From the NCBI RefSeq assembly GCF_963921235.1, contig NC_086100.1:201812001-201876000 (forward strand): a stretch of DNA of 64,000 nucleotides, read 5' to 3'. Shown here piece by piece: positions 1 to 13,114 of this stretch; within the stretch, counting starts at the first letter, position 1, and each line of letters begins with the position of its first letter. The translations under genes and the position numbers were made by a program. Origin of the DNA: Mobula hypostoma (Eukaryota). The notes beneath the pieces are model-generated. The model did no database searches. It worked only from the letters and a program-made list of their open reading frames with translations, and had not been told where the DNA came from.

Positions 1-1428
1 GGTGGGAGATTTTAATTTCCCAAATATTGATTGGCATCTCCCTAGAGCAAGAAGTTTAGATGGGGTGGGGTTTGTTAGGTGTGTTCAGGAAGGTTTCTTG
101 ACACAATATGTAGATAAGCCTACAAGAGGAGAGGCTGTACTTGACCTGGTACTAGGAAATGAACCTGGTCAGGTGTCAGGTCTCTCAGTGGGAGAGCATT
201 TTGGAGATAGTGATCACAATTCCATCTCCTTTACCATAGCATTGGAGAGGGATAGGAACAGACAAGTTAGGGAAACATTTAATTGGAGTAAGGGGAAATA
301 TGAGGCTATCAGGCGGGAATGTGGAAGCATAAATTAGGAACGTATGTTCTAAGGGAAACGTACGGAAGAAATGTGGCAAATGTTCAGGGGATATTTGCGT
401 GGGATTCTGCATAGGCATGTTCCAATGAGAGAGGGAAAGGATGGTAGGGTACAGGAACCGTGGTGTACAAAGGCTGCTGTAAATCTAGGCAAGAAGAAAA
501 GAAGAGCTTACAAAAGGTTCAAAAAACTAGGTAATGATAGAGATCTAGAAGATTATAAGACTAGCAGGAAGGAGCTTAAGAATGAAATTAAGAGAGCCTG
601 AAGGGGCCATGATAAGGCCTTGGCAGGCAGGATTAAGGAAAACCCTGACATTCTACAAGTATGTGAAGAGCAAGAGGATAAGACGTGAGAAAATAGGACC
701 AATCAAGTTTGACAGTGGAAAAGTGTGTATGGAACCAGAGGAGATAGCAGAGGTACTTAATGAGTACTTTGCTTCAATATTCTCTACGGAAAAGGATTTT
801 GGCGATTGTAGGGGCTGAAAAACTTGAGCATGTAGATATTAAGAAAGAGGATATGCTGGAGCTTTTGGAAAGCATCAAGTTGGATAAGTCACCAGGACCA
901 GACGGGATGTACCCCAGGCTACTGTGGGAAGCGAGGGAGGAGATTGCTGAGCCTCTAGCGATAATCTTTGCAACATCAATGAGGACGGGAGAGGTTCCAG
1001 AGGATTGGAGGGTTGCGGATGCTGTTCCCTTATTCAAGAAAGGGAGTAGAGATAGCCCAGGAAATTATAGACCAGTGAGTCTTACCTCAGTGGTTGGTAA
1101 GTTGATGGAGAAGATCCTGTGAGGCAGGATTTATGAACATTTGGAGAGGTATAATATGATTAGGAATAGTCAGCATGGCTTTGTCAAAGGCAGGTCGTGC
1201 CTTATGAGCCTGATTGAATTCTTTGGGGATGTGACTAAACACATTGATGGAGGAAGAGCAGTAGATGTAGTGTATATGGATTTCAGCAAGGCATTTGATA
1301 AGATACCCCATGCAAGGCTTATTGAGAAAGTAAGGAGGCATGGGATCCAAGGGGACATTGCTTTGTGGATCCAGAACTGGCTTGCCCACAGAAAGCAAAG
1401 AGTGGTTGTAGACGGGTCATATTCTGCA
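1..1428 (+). mobile_element. CR1-type LINE ORF2 fragment (end of APE endonuclease and reverse transcriptase), frameshifted
   Basis: ORFs 2-337 (GDFNFPNIDW...LDLVL...DSDH), 760-1122 (KSPGPDG...NYRPVSLTSVVGKLME) and 1141-1437 (QHGFVKGRSCL...YMDFSKAFD) are CR1 ORF2 motifs. Confidence 0.9.
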
Positions 1429-1656
1429 CGGCCGTGAGTGTGCGGTATTGGGGGAGGGTGGGTCTGTGGGGAGGTAGGCTGTGGGGATGGGGTGGGAGAG
1501 GGGGCTATTGGGGGTGGGGAGGGTGGGTGTGTGGGGGAGCGGTGGGCTGTGGGGGTGAGGTGGGATGAGGATGGGGGAGTGGGGGAAGAGTGACAGGGTC
1601 GGGAGGGATGAAGGTGTTGGGTGTGAGTTTGCTGACTGCCTTTGTTCCCCCCACAG

Positions 1657-1741
1657 TTGGGACTGGGTCACTTCCTACAAACTGCTGTTCAGTAACAACA
1701 CCCACAGTTGGACAGCCCACCGCAATGGCAGCACTGACTCC
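1657..1741 (+). CDS. CPXM1: CPXM1-like exon, discoidin (F5/8 type C) domain: WDWVTSYKLLFSNNTHSWTAHRNGSTDS
   Basis: Pyrimidine tract with cag acceptor ending 1656, gtgagt donor at 1742; DWVTSYK-x-FSN discoidin motif; phase 0 end fits next exon. Confidence 0.85.
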
Positions 1742-1869
1742 GTGAGTCTTCCCTCCCTCTCCCCTCTCAATCCCTCCCTCTCCCCTTCAGTCCCTTCCAC
1801 TCTCCCTCCTGCCCGCCTCTCTCCCTCTTTCACTTTTCCCCTGCCCTCCAGTTCTGCAGAATCATTACA

Positions 1870-4800
1870 GAATCGAGTACAGTAATTTTTGAAAAATTAT
1901 TACTAATCCCTCTCTTTCAGAACTCTGGGGTGTACACCGTCTGGTCCAGGTGACTTAGCTACCTTCAGACCTTTCAGTTCCCAAGAACCTTCTCTCTAGT
2001 AATGGTAATTTTACGCACTTCATGACCCCTGACATCTGGAACTTCCACCATACTGCTACTGTCTTCCACAGTGAAGACCAATGCAAAATACTTATTCAGC
2101 TCATCCACAATTTCATTGTGCCTCATTATGACCTCTCCAGCATTGTGTCCACGATGTCCACTCTCTCCTCTCTTTTACAATGTACATATTTGAAGAAACC
2201 TTTGAAATCATCTTTCATATTATTTGCTAGCTTACTTTCATATCCCATCTTTACTTTAATGACTTTTTTAGTTGCCTTCTGTTAGTTTTTAAAAGATTTC
2301 TAGTCTTCTAGCTTCTCACTTATTTTTGCTTTATTATATGCCCTCTCTTTGGTTTCTATATTGGCTTTGACTTCACTTGTTTGCCACGGTTGTGTCATCT
2401 TTCCTTTACAATATTTCTTCCTCTTCGGAATGTATATATCCCGTGCCTTCTGAACTGTTGCTTAGCCATCATCCCTGCCAGTGTTCTTTTCTAATCAATG
2501 CTGGCCAACTCCTCTTTCATGCCTCTGTAATTCCTTGTCGTACTGTTATTACTGATGGCCTAATTCTGCTTCTATATCTTGTGGTCTTATCTCACTTTAG
2601 CTTCTCCTTCTCAAATTTCAGGGTGAATTCCATCATATTATGATCACTTTCCCCCTAAGGGTTCTTTTACCTTAAGCTCTCTAATCAATTCTGGTTTATT
2701 GCACAACACCTAATCCAGAATAGCTGTTCCCCTAGTGGGCTCACCATAAAGTGTTCGAAAAAGCCATTGATCATTGGGCTCTCTTCCAGGGAAGGTGTGA
2801 TACGTACAGAAGGGACGATTTGCTTCTGAACTGCAAATAGGCATTCTAGAAATTTCCCCTCCTTGGAATACAGTACCAACCTGATTTTCCCAATTAACTG
2901 CATATTGAAATCCCCCATGACTATTGTAACACGGCCCTTTTGGCATGCGTTTTCTATCTCCCACTGTAATTTGTATCCTTATTACACATCCTTACTACGG
3001 TTTAGGAGCTGGTCTACAACTCCCATCATGGTCATTTTAGCCTTGCAGTCCCTTAGCTCTACCCACGATGATTCAACAGCTTCCAACCCTATGTCATCTC
3101 TTTCTAATGGTTTGATTTGATTTTTTACCAAAAGAGCAACACAACCCCGTCTGCTTTCCAGTGTGTCTTTTCAATACAAAGTGTATCCTTGGACATTAAG
3201 CTCCCAGCTATAATCTTCTTTCAGCCATGACTCAGAGATGCCTACAACATTGTACCTGTCAATTGTAACTGTGCTACAAGTTCATCTACATTATTCCATG
3301 TACTGGGTGTATTCAAATACCACACCTTCAGTCCTATATTCACACTTTTTGATCTTGTCCACCTTTTACATTACAACTCATCCTGTTGACTACAATTTTG
3401 CCCTTTCAACAGCCTCTCCTCACTACATATTGCCTCTGTTTGTAAACCAGCTACCTCATCTTCAGCACTGTTATCCTCCTTCCCTACAATACTTCTGCAT
3501 TGAAATATATGCAGCTCAGGACACTAGTTGCACCTTTTGATTCTTGAGGTCATACCAACATCTGCCTCCACAACCTCTCCACTAAATATTCTGGCACTCT
3601 GGTTCCCATCCCCCTGGAACTCTAGTTTAAACCCCACCATGCAGCGTTAATAAACCTTCCTGCTCGGATATCAGTCCCCCTCCAGTTCAGGTGCAAATCA
3701 TCCCTTCTGTACATATCACACCTTCCCTGGAAGAGAGCCCAATGATCAAAAAACCTTAAGCCCTCTCTCCTACCCCAACTCCTTGGCCATGTATTAAACT
3801 GTATAATCTTCCTCACTCGCATCTGGCTGAGTAGTAATCCTGAGATCACAATCCTGGAGGTCCTGCCCTTTAACTGAGCACCAACTCCCAGTCCAGAACC
3901 TCATGGTGATAGCAGTTTTGTTCCCCTATCACCACAGCGTGCCTTTTCTCCTCCATTCCCTTCTGAGTCATAGAGCCAGATACAGCAGCAGAGGCCCGAA
4001 CACCTTGACTCTCCTCTGTTGGTCATTCCCCAGCCTGCCCCCACTGACAGTATCCAAAGTAATATACCAGGTTTTGAGGGGGATGGCCACAGGGGTACTC
4101 TGCACTGGCTCCGAGCCCCTTTCCCCTTCCTGACTGTCACCCAGTTTCCTGCATTTTGTGCAACTACCTCACCATGTGTCCAATCTATCACCCCTTCATC
4201 CAAATCATTGACATATAATGTAAAGAGAAGCAGCCCCAACACAGACCCTTGTGGAACACCACGTGTTGCAGCCAGCCAGAAAAGGCTCCCTTCGTTCCCA
4301 CTCTTTGCCTCCTGCAAATCAGTCACTGCTTTATCCATCTTTCCAGTCATGGGCACTTAACTTGTTAAACAGCCTCATCCCTGATAGTGTTTCCTGCTAA
4401 TGAGTTTTGGCCAGCTCCTCTCTCATGTCTCTGTAATTCCCTTTACTCCACTGGAATACTGATACTTCTCCTTCTCATATTTCAGGATGAATGATAATTT
4501 TTGTCCCCGAAGGGTTCCTTTATCTTAAGCTCTCTAGAGGCTGTGCCCTTTAGTTCGGGTCACCCCAGCGGCACACTCTCCACGTCCACCCTATCTAGTC
4601 CCTTCAACGTTTGGTAGGCTTCAATGAGATCCCCCCCCTAGCATTCTTCTAAATTCCAGTGAGTACAGGCCCAAAGTTGACAAATGCTCCTCATATGTTA
4701 ACCCTTTCATTCCTGCAATCATCCTTATGAACCTCCTCTGGACTCTCCCCAGTGACAACACATCCTTTCTGAGATATGTCACCTAAAACTGTTGACAATA

Positions 4801-6230
4801 CTCCAAGTGCAGCCTGACTATTGTCTTATAAAGCTTCAGCATTATCTCCTTGCTTTTATATTCTATTCCCCTTGAAATAAATGCCAACATTGTATTTGTC
4901 TTCTTTACCACAGACTCAACCAGTAAATTAACCTTCTGGGAGCCTTGCACGAGGACTTCTGTCCCTCTGCACCTCTGCTGTTTGAACCTTCTCCCCATTT
5001 AGATAATAGTCCGCACTATTGTTCCTTTGACAAAAATGCATTTTCGTACATTCCCCAACACTGTATTCTATCTGACACTTTTAAACCCATTCTTCCAATT
5101 TGTCCAAGTCCTGCTGCAATCACATTGCTTCCTCAGCACTAGCTGCCTTTCACCTATCTTCGTATCATCTGCAAACTTTGCCACAAAGCCATCGATTCCA
5201 TTATCTATTGTCCTTTCGATACACTGTGTGTCTCCTTGGACGTAAAGCTCTAATCTTCAATCTTGCAGTCATGATTCAGTGATGCCCACAAAGTTATACA
5301 TGTCAATCTGTAACTGTGCTGTAAGTTCATCTACCAGATTCAAATTAACACCTTCAGTCCCTTTCGATTTTGTCCCCATTTTACATTGCAGCACATCCTA
5401 TTGATTGCAATTTTGCCCTGTCATTTGTGTCCCTGCTCAGTGTCTCACTACACACTGTCTCTGTTTGTAAACCAACTACCCCATCCTCAACACTATCACT
5501 CCGGTTCCCGTCCCCCTGCCAAGTTAGTTTAAACCCTCCCAAACAACTCGAGCCAACCTGCCCGCAAGGATATTGGTCCCCCTCTGGTTCAGGTGTAACT
5601 CGTCCCTTTTGTACAGGTCATACCTTCCCTAAAAAAAGTCCCAATGATACAGAAATCTGCACCCTGCCCCAGTTCCTCAGCCACACATTCACCTGCCAAA
5701 TCATCCTATTCTTGCCCTCCTGTCTGTTGAATGGGCAGCAATCCAGAGATTGCTACCCTGGTGGTCTTGTTTCTCCCGAAAATCTCTCTTCAGGACCTTC
5801 TCACCTTGTCTACCTATGTCATTGGTGCCAATCTGTACCAAGACTTCTGGCTGCTCACCCTCGCCCTTGAGAATGCCATGGACCCGATCTGAGACATCTT
5901 TGACTCTGGCACCAGGGAGGCAACATACCATCCGGATACCCCTATCACACCCACAGAACCTCTGACTGTGGAATCTTCTGTCACCACTGAGGTCCTCTTC
6001 ACTCTCTGCTCTTCTGAGCCACAGCACCAGACTCGCTGCAGCTTCCCCCAGTAGGTTGTCCCCCTTTAGAGCATCCAAGGTGGTATACAGTACCTATTAT
6101 TGAGGGGATTGGGCACAGGTGTACGTTCCCCTCCTCCTCCTGACAGTTATCCAGTTACCCAGTTACCTGTCTCCACTCACCTAGGGCTGGCTACCTCCCT
6201 GTAGCTCCTGTCTATCATCTCCTCATTCTC
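1870..6230 (-). mobile_element. Patchwork of decayed CR1 LINE fragments (RT, APE, esterase ORF1, 3' ends)
   Basis: Minus-strand ORFs with [26 protein letters not shown] and DLHLNWRG motifs; many stops and frameshifts; boundaries approximate. Confidence 0.75.
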
Positions 6231-6667
6231 CTTTCTTAACCACCCTATCAACCTGTGAAGCCACATCCTGGGAGCTCGGAAGTTGGACTTCAAGGCCCCT
6301 CTGTACAATCTCTTTACATTTGCCCTGACAGGCTGAGTCCTGTCATGGAACATGGTCTGCATTGGCCAAGATTCCCAAATAAACTCATCCCGTTTGCTTG
6401 TGTTACCTCCACCTCCCTCTGACATTTCCTATCTGTGTTCCCATCGAAATGTTGTGAATGTACTGGTGTCCACACCTTCCTCGGGCAGCTCATTCCACCA
6501 ACTGACCACGCTCTGGGTGTGAATGTTGCCCCTCAGGCTTCTAGTAAATGTGTGTGTCGTATGTGGTTGTGTGTGTACGTGTGTGTGTGTGTGTGTGTGT
6601 GTGTTTATGCTGTGGATGTCTGTGCTGTGTATATGTCATGTGTGTGTTGTGTGTATGTGTTGGATTT

Positions 6668-7150
6668 CAGACATCCCACCCTGCAGAAACTCATTTCAGG
6701 GAGGTAGCACCAACAATTTGCGGGAGATTCCGGGAGAGGTGGGATGTCTGCAATAGAGTAGCTCCTTAGCAGCTAGCCAGCTAGTTTAAATAACGTTAGC
6801 GATGCTAATGAACGAATGACACCTGTTAAACTCACCTCAACATGTCTTTTACTGTCTTAACCCACCATGGGCAATAGAAAAGTCACTGTTGCAAACAGTG
6901 CAGCGAGCAACACCGTCATTATTTTTGATCCCTGTTAGGCAGGGGTACACTTCAGTGTAGTCTGGGGTGACGTACGTTTTTTTTTTGGAACACACTGCAA
7001 TGGCGCTCTCTCGCTCGCGTGCTCTCTCAGTTGCTCGTTCACTCTCAAAAAAATTGATTTCCGTAATATTGTATATAATTTATGGGCATCAGGGAGCCAC
7101 TATTAATATGTGGGAGACTCCCGGAAGTTTCGGGAGAGGTGGGATGTCTG
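6668..7150. mobile_element. Probable non-autonomous DNA transposon (MITE-like) with 13-bp terminal inverted repeats
   Basis: CAGACATCCCACC at 6668-6680 is the reverse complement of GGTGGGATGTCTG at 7138-7150; an internal copy lies at 6738-6750; no clear TSD. Confidence 0.55.
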
Positions 7151-7289
7151 GGGTTGTGTGTGTATTTGTTTTGCCCTGTGTGTTGCTTTGTGTGTGTCCA
7201 TGTTGTGTTGTGCATGGGTGCGTTCTGCATGTGGGTGCATCACAGAGGTTCTGTGTTCTCCATCCGGCTGTGGTTTCTGCTCCCTGCAG

Positions 7290-7440
7290 GTTTTCACAGC
7301 AAATTCAGATCCTGAGACGCCGGTGCGCATTTTCCTGTCGGAGCCAATTGTGGCTCGTTATATTCGCATCAACCCGCGTTCCTGGTTCCCCAATGGCACC
7401 GTCTGTCTACGGGCTGAGGTCCTGGGTTGCGCTCTGACCG
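7290..7440 (+). CDS. CPXM1: CPXM1-like exon, discoidin C-terminal half: VFTANSDPETPVRIFLSEPIVARYIRINPRSWFPNGTVCLRAEVLGCALT
   Basis: tgcag acceptor and gtacgt donor; ARYIRINP and CLRAEVLGC motifs; NSDPETPV resembles CPXM1; 151 bp, phase 0 to 1. Confidence 0.9.
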
Positions 7441-7679
7441 GTACGTCACTCTGCTCTCATACACTGCTAACCCTCCGTCCATCACTCCCGCCACTCACAT
7501 CCTCCCTACCCCTCATCCCTATCCCTATCCACCCAAACTTCCCCCTGTCTGTCTTTGCACTGAGGTCTTCTGCTGTGGTCTGCCTGGTACGTCCCTCCCT
7601 CCGTCCGTCCTTACGTTCCCCCCTGCTTCTCTCCATCCTTCATTCCCACACTCCCTCTCTGCATCCATCCCTCTCTCCA

Positions 7680-9015
7680 TAAGTCCATAAGACAGAGAAA
7701 CCGCATTAGGGTATTCAGTACATCGAATCTGCTCCACCATTCCATCACGGCTGATCCCGGATCCCACTCAACCCCATACACCCGCCTTCTTGCCATATCC
7801 TTTGATGCCCTGACCGATCAGGAAACGATCAACTTCCGCCTTAAATATACCCACAGACTTGGCCTCCACTGCAGTCTGTGGCAGAGCATTCCACAGATTC
7901 ACCACTCTCTGGCTAAAAAAATTCCACCTTACCTCTGTTCTAAAAGGTCACCCCTCAGTTTTGAGTCTGTGCCCTCTAGTTCTGGATGCCCCCACCGTAG
8001 GAAACATCCTCTCCACATCCACCCTATCTAGTCCTTTCAACATCTGGTAGGTTTCAATAAGATCCCGAGGCATTCTTCCAAATTCCAGTGAGTTCAGGCC
8101 CAAAGCTGCCAAATACTCCTCTGATGTCAACCCATTCCTTTCTGAGAAATGGGGCCCAAAACTGTTGACAAAGTGCAGCCCAACTAGTGTCTTATAAAGG
8201 CTCAGCATTATGTCCTTGTTTTTATATTCTATTCCCCTTGAAATAAATGCCAACATTGCATTTGCCTTCTTTACCACAGACTCAACCTGTAAATTAACCT
8301 TCTGGGAGTCTTGCACAAGGACTCCTAAGTCCCTCTGCACGTCTGATGTTTGAACCTTCTCCCCACTTAGATAATAGTCTACACTATTGTTCTTTTATCA
8401 AAATGCATTTTCTAACACTATTCCATCTGACAATTTTTGCCCATTCTTCCAATTTGTCTAACTCCTGCTGCAATCACATTGCTTCCTCAGCACTACCTAC
8501 CCCTCCACCTATCTTCGTATCATTTGCAAACTTTGTAACAAAGCCATCAATTCCACTATCTAGATCATTGACAAACAATGTGAAAAGCAGCAGTCCCAAT
8601 ACTGACCCCTGCGGAACCCCAGTAGTCACTGGCAGCCAACCAGAAAAGGCTCCTTTTATTCGTACTCACTGCCTCCTGCCTGTCAGCCATTCCTCTATCC
8701 CTGCCAGTATTTTTCCTGTAATGTAACATGATTTTATTTTGTTAAGCAGCCTCATATGTGGCATCTTATCAAAAGCCTTCTGAAAATCGAAATGACATCC
8801 ACTGCCTCTCCTTTGTCCACCCAGCTTGTTACTTCCTCGAAGAACTCTAACAGATTTGTCAGGCAAGATTTCCCTTTACAGAAACCATGCTGACTTTGAC
8901 TTAGTTTATCATTAGTCTCCAAGTACCCCAAAACCTCATTCCTTAATAATAGACTCCAACACTTTCCCAAGCACTTAGGCTAACTGGCCTATAATTTCCT
9001 TTCTTTTGCCACCCT
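7680..9015 (-). mobile_element. CR1 LINE 3' part (RT and 3'UTR)
   Basis: ORFs 7948-8340 (RDLGVLV...KKANAML), 8666-8866 (DFQKAFDK) and 8752-8970 ([19 protein letters not shown]). Confidence 0.85.
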
Positions 9016-9316
9016 CCGGAGTGGTGGGAGTTTAAGAATATGTGGAGTTTAGAAGGTCACAATGAATTCATGCCTACCGGAGACATACCTGATTCCAAAG
9101 ACAGAAGTCAACGACGCAACAGTAGGAGGTGGAAATTTCTTTACTAAACTTGACCTCGCACATGCATACCAACAACTCAAGCTAGAGGGACAGTCTGAGC
9201 CTCACTACTATTGCAATCCATTGTACCAGGGTCCCGTTGAGCACAAACACATCGCCAGCAATATCCCAATGTACCACCGAATCCTGCATTAGAGACTTGC
9301 CAAATACAATAGCTTC

Positions 9317-9516
9317 TGTACTGTATAGCCTACTGTATAATAAGGGACTAGTTTATGTTGTAGTAACACTTCGTTGCATGCGCTACTAGACACGTATTGA
9401 TCTGTACGTGTGTGTTCAAGGTTCGGATTCTGCCAGTAAAGAACCGTGAAACTTAGCTCCCGTCTCCAGCGTTTTTATTAATAGCATTGTTGTGTAACCA
9501 GGCCACAAACGCAACA
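9317..9516 (+). repeat. 5' LTR
   Basis: TGTACTG...GCAACA; colinear with 13115-13314, about 15 mismatches in 200 bp by manual comparison. Confidence 0.95.
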
Positions 9517-9519
9517 AAT

Positions 9520-9530
9520 TGGCGACGAGG
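9520..9530 (+). other. Primer-binding site TGGCGACGAGG, complementary to the 3' end of tRNA-Ser(GCU)
   Basis: Starts 3 nt after the 5' LTR; a common Mag-clade Gypsy PBS. Confidence 0.8.
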
Positions 9531-9866
9531 TTAATGAACCTACATCGTCTCGGAACGCCATGTTTTAATTGATAATGACACTCGGAGGAAGAGTGCAAGG
9601 AACGAGCTAAGGAAGCGGGAGCACAGCCAGGGTCGGGAACGTTGGGAGACCAAGAGACAGAGTCGGAGCCACAGCACGTCCAGCCGGCGTGGAACCCCAG
9701 GGGCTGAGGGTCTGCCTACCCCAGGGGCTGAGGGTCTGCCTGCCCCAGAAGGAAGATAAAAGGGAGCGATACACACACATCTAGACGGGGTGCGCTCGTG
9801 GCACTAGCAAGAAGGTCACGTGAGTCAAAAAGAAAGGGTGAACGGGGCTAAATTAACATAACAAAG

Positions 9867-11042
9867 ATGACGGTGATTGGAACCATCACAGCATTTGATA
9901 GTGGCATTGAAGACTGGGCAACTTCCATTGAAAGAGTGGAGTTAGATTGTGATGCTAACGGTGTTAATGATGAAAAGAAAGCCAGCGTCTTGCAAAGACA
10001 TACGGGCTTCTACGGAGCTTGTTAACCCCTGAAAAGCCAGCTGACAAAACGTTCAAGCAAATAGTAGACACTCTCACACAGCATTTAAACCCCAAACCTG
10101 GTCATTGCTGAAAGATTTAAATTTCACAAACGGAATGAAAGCATTTCTGAATATTGTGCTGAATTGCGTAAGTTATCAGAACATTGTCAATTTGGAGCTG
10201 GTCTATCGGACGCATCGAGGGACAGGTTAGTGTGTGGCATGCACTGTGAAACCACACAGAAGAAACTCCTGGGTGAAAGAGACCTTACATTCGAGAAGGC
10301 GCTGAACATTGCAATATCATTGGAAACAGCAACACGGGGTGCTTCAGAGATACAACAGAAATCTCTGGAATATGCCACAAATGAAATGTCACTGAGCAGG
10401 AATGAAGGAAAGAAATGTTACCATTGTGGGAAAAGATTACTTGACCCTGATGACTGCTGGTTTAAAGACAAAGAATACAGAAACTGTGGCAAACAGGGCC
10501 ACATTGGCAGAGTGTGCAAAGCTAGTCAACAGCAGAAAAAGGGCAAAGTACAGAGAAACAAGAAACCCCAGAAAGGAAAATACAACAATGCACACAAAAT
10601 GGAAGAAGGCAGTTCTGATGAAAACGACTCAGACAAATGTGAATTGTCTTGTCTGCAACTTCACAGCGTGAAAGAGCTAGATGATCGAAGAGTAATATGG
10701 ATCACTCCACAAGCAGCAGGCGTGAGACTGAAAATGGAGTTGGACACAGGCTCAGCTTTAACAGTGATCTTTGTACATGGCTACAAATGACTGTTTTCTC
10801 ACATACCCCTGAAATGAACTAAACTACTGCTAAAGACTTACACAGGACAGAAAGTGCGTCCCGAAGGTAAAATTAAAGTGACAGTGACCTACAGAGACAA
10901 AACACAGCAGCTGAACCTCTAGGTACTGAGAAATAGAGGACCACCATTGCTGGGACGGGAATGGCTCAGGAAAATCCAGTTGGATTGGCACACCATCAAG
11001 GCACTAGGTGTGTCAACAAAGGAAGACAGCTCGGCGGGGAAA
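9867..11042 (+). pseudogene. Gag (zinc knuckles) and aspartic protease of the nested element, disrupted
   Basis: MTVIGTITAFDSGIEDW start; RDRLVCG; CYHCGK and NCGKQGHIGRVC knuckles; LKMELDTGSALTV protease; LLGREWL; stops at 10788, 10815 and 10920. Confidence 0.9.
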
Positions 11043-11844
11043 ATGTCCACAGATCTCCTCTCACCCATTGTTGACTATTACAATAACGAGGAGGAGCTAG
11101 ATTGCATTGACAATGAGGACGAATGTTATATCCGTGGCCGCGATCAGATGAAGATACAAAGGATGCAAGGGAGACAGATATTGCCAATAAGCAGGATGAT
11201 GAAGACTACCAGGAAATAAAAGAGCAGATGTACCAGGAGAAATTGACATCTCTCAAAAGACAGCTACAGCAGTTACAGGAAGGCACTTTGCAGGAGTATC
11301 AGAAAAGGATGAAGAAACTAGATCAACAATACAAGGAAAGAATACGAAATGCAGAGCTTTTTCTGCAACTGGAGACAGAACAAGTGGAAAAGAATTATAT
11401 TAAAGAGGAAAGCAGTGGAAGAATTTGAAGATGAAAAGATTGAGTTAGAAGAAAAGAAAAAGATGATTGAGGATGAGAGGCTAACAATGGAACTCACAGG
11501 AGATTCTATGGAGGTAAAGCCAATAATGACTAGGAAACTAAGGAGGAGACCTAATGACCCTGTTCCAATTACAGACAAAAGACAAAAACCTGCACCTGCG
11601 CAGTTAAATTACTTGTTAACAGATGAACAGATAATGGAAGATCTGCGAACTCTCAATAAGCTTAAATCTCCGAAAAGACTAGCATCTCTGTCCTCATGAG
11701 CATCTTTCCAGCACTCCTGCTGAATCACCAGCACAAAGCTATGAAGCACGAATAGAAGATGAAAAGTTATATTATGATAAGAGATGGTATCATAAAGGTC
11801 AGGTTTTCTATTTGGAATCTAAGGAGAATACGAAGACTGGCTGT
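11043..11844 (+). pseudogene. SUDS3: Intronless SUDS3 (Sin3/HDAC corepressor subunit SDS3) retrocopy, 3'-truncated
   Basis: MSTDLLSPIVDYYNNEEEL...[57 protein letters not shown]...[27 protein letters not shown]...[18 protein letters not shown]; frameshifts near 11143, 11408 and 11697. Confidence 0.93.
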
Positions 11845-12970
11845 GAAAATGGTCGATATGTACGAGTACAGGAAGGATACACCTGTGATTGTTTTGACGG
11901 CTTTGAGCTTGATATGACAAAAATGACTTGTGTAGATATAAATGAATGTGACGATCTCAGTGATACTATACCACTCAACAGGAATGCAAACTGTGAGAAC
12001 ACAGAGGGGTCATATAAATGCATATGTTTACCAGGCTATATGCTTTCACAGAATGCCAATGAATGTAACAGGAAAGAGAAGCAGGACATCAATAGTAACC
12101 TCAGCTCTGTCTCCTGGGAAGGGAATTGGAAACACTTGGTGAATTATTTTTAGGGGAAAAATGTTTATTTTACTTGGGATTATCAATGTGAGTAAAGTTC
12201 CAGTGATAAACCACAAATGTACCGATGCAGTTACCTAGCTTCTTAATAATTTATGCCTATGACTTTAAAAGTGGTTAAATTGGCAATGACTATATTTAGG
12301 AAACCAAAGTACAGAGACAACACAAAGAACAAGTAGGTTGAGAATAAGTAAACAGAGTGCTTTCTTTGAATAATGAAGAAGTCTAAATTCCCAAACAGCA
12401 ATATTTTCTTTATTTGGTCCATATCTCTGTTCTCTGTTCGTGTGGTTTTGTGTTCATGAACACATCTTTTTGGAGAGGGGAAAGGATAGCAACTAAAAAT
12501 AGTGATGAAGGAAGTGCAAGTGTATGGGAGGAACTAACATTGTAATTCGATGGCCCACATTTCGCTGCTGTTGGCTGAACATTACAATGTGCATGGTTTC
12601 CATAGCAATAATATGAAAATAATCTCTGCTAACCTGAGCATGTCTTAATTACTCCTGTGAAATTTCATTTGGTTGTACAGTATAAAAGTATGTATGAAAT
12701 CACCTATTTATGCTTGATTTTTTAAAAAATTCTAAACGCCAAATATTAATGCAAAATGTCACTATATTTCATTCCTGTTGGTAAAAGCTCTCTTCAAATA
12801 ATAGATTTCAGTACAAAGACTGAAATGTTCCTACTGTCAGGTTAAAAATACATATTGAAAATGTATTAAATCAGATGACAGGCAAGTAGATTACTGAAAT
12901 CCAAGATATAAGTGCATCTTCTAAATTTATTAAAATTATAATTCAATAAAGTGTGAAGGAGTTAAAAAAA
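11839..12970 (+). pseudogene. Intronless LTBP (LTBP2/LTBP1-like) 3' retrocopy: last EGF and cbEGF domains, 3'UTR, poly(A) signal and A-tail remnant
   Basis: [40 protein letters not shown]...[16 protein letters not shown] matches the LTBP C-terminus; AT-rich UTR; AATAAA 12945-12950; A7 at 12964-12970. Paralogue not resolved. Confidence 0.85.
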
Positions 12971-13096
12971 GGCTCGTTATAATTTGATGTTATTCTGTTA
13001 CATTGTTATAATTTGATGTTATTAAGTTACTAAGTAAACAAATGGTAGGTGTTTGTATGTTAAGGGTAAACATATTTGTTTAGCATATACACTATT

Positions 13097-13114
13097 AAAA
13101 TAAAAGCGGAAGAG
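13097..13114 (+). other. Polypurine tract of the nested LTR element
   Basis: AAAATAAAAGCGGAAGAG directly before the TG of the 3' LTR. Confidence 0.8.

Noticed and set aside
1420..1445. Possible upstream CPXM1 exon donor (gcc|gtgagt)
   Set aside because: The upstream sequence is CR1 RT, not the expected discoidin exon; earlier exons probably lie before the window
11043..12153. SUDS3 or LTBP as functional resident genes
   Set aside because: Intronless, frameshifted, truncated and enclosed by LTRs
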